Positions 62,215-64,000 of a stretch of 64,000 nucleotides of DNA are shown here, piece by piece (position 1 is the stretch's first letter; each line of letters starts with the position of its first letter). The notes beneath the pieces were generated by a model. The model saw nothing but the letters and a program-made list of their open reading frames with translations. It had not been told where the DNA came from and searched no databases. Location of the stretch: assembly GCA_040954595.2 (NCBI GenBank), contig CM082578.2, forward strand, positions 3,640,831 through 3,704,830, written 5' to 3'. The translations under genes were made by a program, and so were the position numbers. This DNA is from Balanoglossus misakiensis. Its lineage: Eukaryota; Animalia; Hemichordata.

Positions 62215-62915
62215 TGTATGGGGTCATAATTACACACCATTAAGACGGCTCTGAAGCGTCTCAGATCAGATACCATCTTAAAAAATCATGAGTGTATAGT
62301 GGTTCTGAAACAGCTTAGATTTGAGACGGCTTTGCCGGTCAGACCTGAGCCGGTGTAAAGAATTACTGTAACACCTCTTCGTAACCCATTGTCTATGGGA
62401 CTAAGCCTCAGCGCCCTTAAGTGGGTTCACATCTTGGCCCATGGCCAGGCACAACTAATCCATATGATTGTGACAAGATAAGCTAATCTTTAGTCCCTGT
62501 TCATATTGAGTTTGGCACAGTCCTGCCCAGCGGTGTCTTGCCAACCTTTGACCTTATAAAGCACAACCATGTTGGTCCTCTTATGGATGTTTATACGATT
62601 TTCACCATTGTCAAACGATAGACTACACTGATTTGTCAATTGTAAAAGGTGTCAACTTGGACCAGAGTCGGACAAAACGTGTCCACACACATCTTGCTGC
62701 GACCAGAGTAGGACCAGAGTAGGATACAAACCACCCCATTCAACTGGTACAAAAATTGTCCGGACAAAAATCGGCCAGACCCGTTCACACCTGTTTTTGT
62801 GCTCGTCCACGGACCTTACTAGGAAAAGGTCCTAGCCTTTTTTTAGTATTGTGAACGGCCTAATAAACTGTGTGCGTGTGCAGCGACTCAAAGGATTAAT
62901 GCTCTGTGTTTACCA
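62215..62915 (-). mobile_element. Second copy of the 7886-8150 repeat, split by a MITE
   Basis: Reverse-complement similarity to 7886-8150 on both sides of the 62421-62860 insert. Confidence 0.75.
62421..62860. mobile_element. Harbinger-like MITE (440 bp)
   Basis: TAA TSD at 62418-62420 and 62861-62863; imperfect TIR GTGGGTTCACA / TGTGAACGGCC; absent from the other copy of the host repeat. Confidence 0.65.
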
Positions 62916-64000
62916 GTACAGTACTGTACTGGTGAACTATGCTTGTATATCAAAATACAAGATTGAACATTCAGATAAATAATTTATGATGTCCACCCAG
63001 TTTTTCACTGTTAGCTAAACTTTTATCCATGTATTTGAATATATAGCCAGTGTTGCAAACTATTTAGACCACATGGATCTTGGCATGAGATCTCAGAGTG
63101 TAGTAATTTCTTTTATGTATAGCTGCCATGTACACTGCTATGGCAATGTTATTTGTCAAAAGGAAACACACTTTGGTACAGGTAGTTCATTTCATGTCAC
63201 ACACAAAATCACAACTTTGCATACAGCAAAGGGGTATTTACTGACCCCTTTTTAGGTTATGCACTGACAGCATATTGCACAGTGAGTGACTTTATGCAGG
63301 TATTCTATGTATTCTTGAATGATATCAAAAAGGGCAAACAAAAGCTACTGTGTCCCTTTAACAAATGATCTGCAATTAAGGCTTGTAGACAATCAAGTTG
63401 TCAGATTATGTTTAATGACTATTTCTGTCAATGCAGTATGTCCCGATTTTCTAAAATTGTGCGCAACAAGAAATGTCTTAAAGGATATGCTGAACTGTAT
63501 TTTAAAATTCAAGTAGACTTTTGTCAAGGTCAGATTTGTTGTGTTTTATGTTAGATATGTCCTCATAATAAATATATGTTCTTAAGTATTTGTCGTGTTA
63601 AATATGCACTGTATCGAATGGATGTTCAAACAATTTAGAAAGATGCTAACTTAATTTCAGTAATCCTCTTTTTCAGAAATTAAATGGTGTCTGAACTTAT
63701 TTAGTGATTATTATACTTGGCCATTGTCAGCTGGATATAATTGCTTAAAACTGTGAACAATTCTAATCTGTGTTTTTAGTTTCTTGCATAACAAAAATAA
63801 ACCTCAACTGATGTCAACCGTTTGTTTTACGTGCTTCAGATAAACCTGTAAGTTGAATCATTGCTTTTTAACAGAAGCATTTTACTGTAGTCATATCTTT
63901 ATTTTAGTCTACATTATAGGTCGCTGACCAGTTAAAACAAAATGTCCACGTCTCACTTTCGTGTCTCTCTGTACTCTGTACAATATATCTGGTTTGGTAG

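Noticed and set aside
1-64000. tRNA, rRNA or ribozyme genes
   Set aside because: None recognised by eye; an Infernal/Rfam and tRNAscan-SE run would be needed to exclude them.

Overview
AT-rich, repeat-dense animal genomic DNA, not prokaryotic. It has GT-AG introns, LINE/SINE relics and MITEs, and looks like a marine invertebrate, but the taxon cannot be established from sequence alone. 1-20 kb: a three-exon SLC16/monocarboxylate-transporter-like gene on the minus strand (7684-5240, lacking its last two TM helices in this window), an orphan copy of part of its exon 3 at 155-315, many MITEs (Kolobok-, Harbinger- and MULE-like), CACTA/Mirage transposase and L2 RT relics, and a probable mitochondrial-clan cytochrome P450 exon relic. 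20.8-47.2 kb: 17 copies of a 1.2-1.9 kb non-autonomous Helentron/Helitron2-type element (HINE-like). These are not a simple tandem array: units are inserted into one another near their own end, and the leftover ends stack in last-in-first-out order; the outermost element opens at 20807 and closes at 33833. 47.2-61.2 kb: an apparently intact autonomous Helentron with putative spliced 5' leader exons, a 205-bp satellite in the leader intron, a 2444-aa OTU + Rep(HUH) + Pif1 helicase + APE-type endonuclease ORF (51721-59055) and a duplicated 3' region. The most interesting system is the self-targeting nested Helentron cluster next to its likely autonomous partner.
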